DNA of 64,000 nucleotides. Origin: a virus. Numbering within the stretch: the first letter of the stretch is position 1; every line of letters starts with the position of its first letter. Below, piece after piece: positions 63,158 to 64,000 of the stretch. The translations under genes and the position numbers were made by a program. The stretch covers positions 64,001-128,000 of the IMG/VR virus record IMGVR_UViG_3300017917_002918. One strand, 5' to 3'. The notes beneath the pieces are model-generated. The model did no database searches. It was not told the origin of the DNA and saw only the letters and a list, made by a program, of their open reading frames with translations.

Positions 63158-64000
63158 ATTGATGAATGATATTAAAAGATTGAAGGAAATAATTATTATC
63201 TATAGTATGAGAGGCTATAGAGAACACAAGGATGTATTATCTAGGGCTTTACGGTTATTAGAGAAAAAGGAAATAGAAGTAGATAATATATATGAAGAAT
63301 AGCCCACAAGGCTATTTTTTTGTTTGTTTTTTTGGTGTTAGTTAGTTAGTTATATATTGTGATATTGTGATATATAGATATAGATATAGATATAGATATA
63401 TAATGTTGGTGATATTTAGCGTGTTGCTTACTTATAGTTAGTGACTATGATATTATTAGTATATATAATTTAGTATATAGATATAATTTAGTAAGTATTT
63501 ATTTATATGTTTGTTTATTTGCAATCACTTCACCAAGGTCCGCCGTGTTGTATACGACTTTACAATTATTCCCATTTCACATAGTATATATCAATTTTTT
63601 ATTACAGCAGTCAAAAAAACAATAATATCAATAAGTATAATATATTAATAGTATGTATGTTCTATAAATAATAATGGTCATCTAATGATCAATGCTAAAA
63701 AATAGCTCCATAAAAAAACATCAAGATCGGGCAATATAAAGTATGTTATACAGGATCAGTTTACATAAGTAGGGGGTACTTTACAATTTTTGGATCGGTA
63801 AATGTGGGATAACGTGGGTAGTACATCTACCCACATACCTAACACTAATTTACCCTCATTTTTCCTTACTCCCATCTACATATCCTCTCCCTCATCTCCC
63901 TCTTATATACGTCCCCTTCTGACTCACATCCTAATCGATTCCATATCGCTAATCATCCCACTCATTCCCTATTATAAATTAACTAATAGTACATTAAATT

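Noticed and set aside
63369-63402. (GATATA)n short tandem repeat
   Set aside because: Low-complexity intergenic tract with no supportable function.

Overview
This is an AT-rich (roughly 70% A+T) 64 kb segment of a large temperate Firmicutes phage or prophage, probably clostridial and SPbeta-like in organisation. It covers the early/middle accessory region; no structural genes are present. Almost all genes from 1 to ~59.2 kb are on the minus strand, and the strand switches at ~59.2-60.1 kb into a plus-strand early-type block. Recognisable content: (1) six orphan DNA methyltransferases, NAD-dependent DNA ligase, a DHH phosphoesterase, a lytic transglycosylase and a Tad2-like (DUF2829) protein; (2) an SPbeta-type yopQ/yopR(mrpR)-like lysogeny pair next to an orphan MazF/PemK toxin; (3) an RNA-repair island (PNK-HD, RNA ligase, CCA-adding enzyme, nucleotidyltransferase, Ro60/TROVE) headed by five tandem Y-RNA-like ncRNAs and followed by an atypical tRNA-like RNA; (4) an IbrA/IbrB-SNF2 module, an intact-looking IS607 (tnpA/tnpB), a small IStron-like relic, and an SF2 helicase beside a candidate origin. 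Two pervasive non-coding signals were read directly from the sequence. The first is a 15-bp operator-like motif (TAATTAAWTTATGAT) at more than 20 sites, mostly at or near promoters. The second is a T(A/C)AA-N8-TTTA junction motif that separates most of the small genes in the hypervariable arrays, suggesting a gene-cassette shuffling system. All calls are by eye from motifs; no database searches were run.
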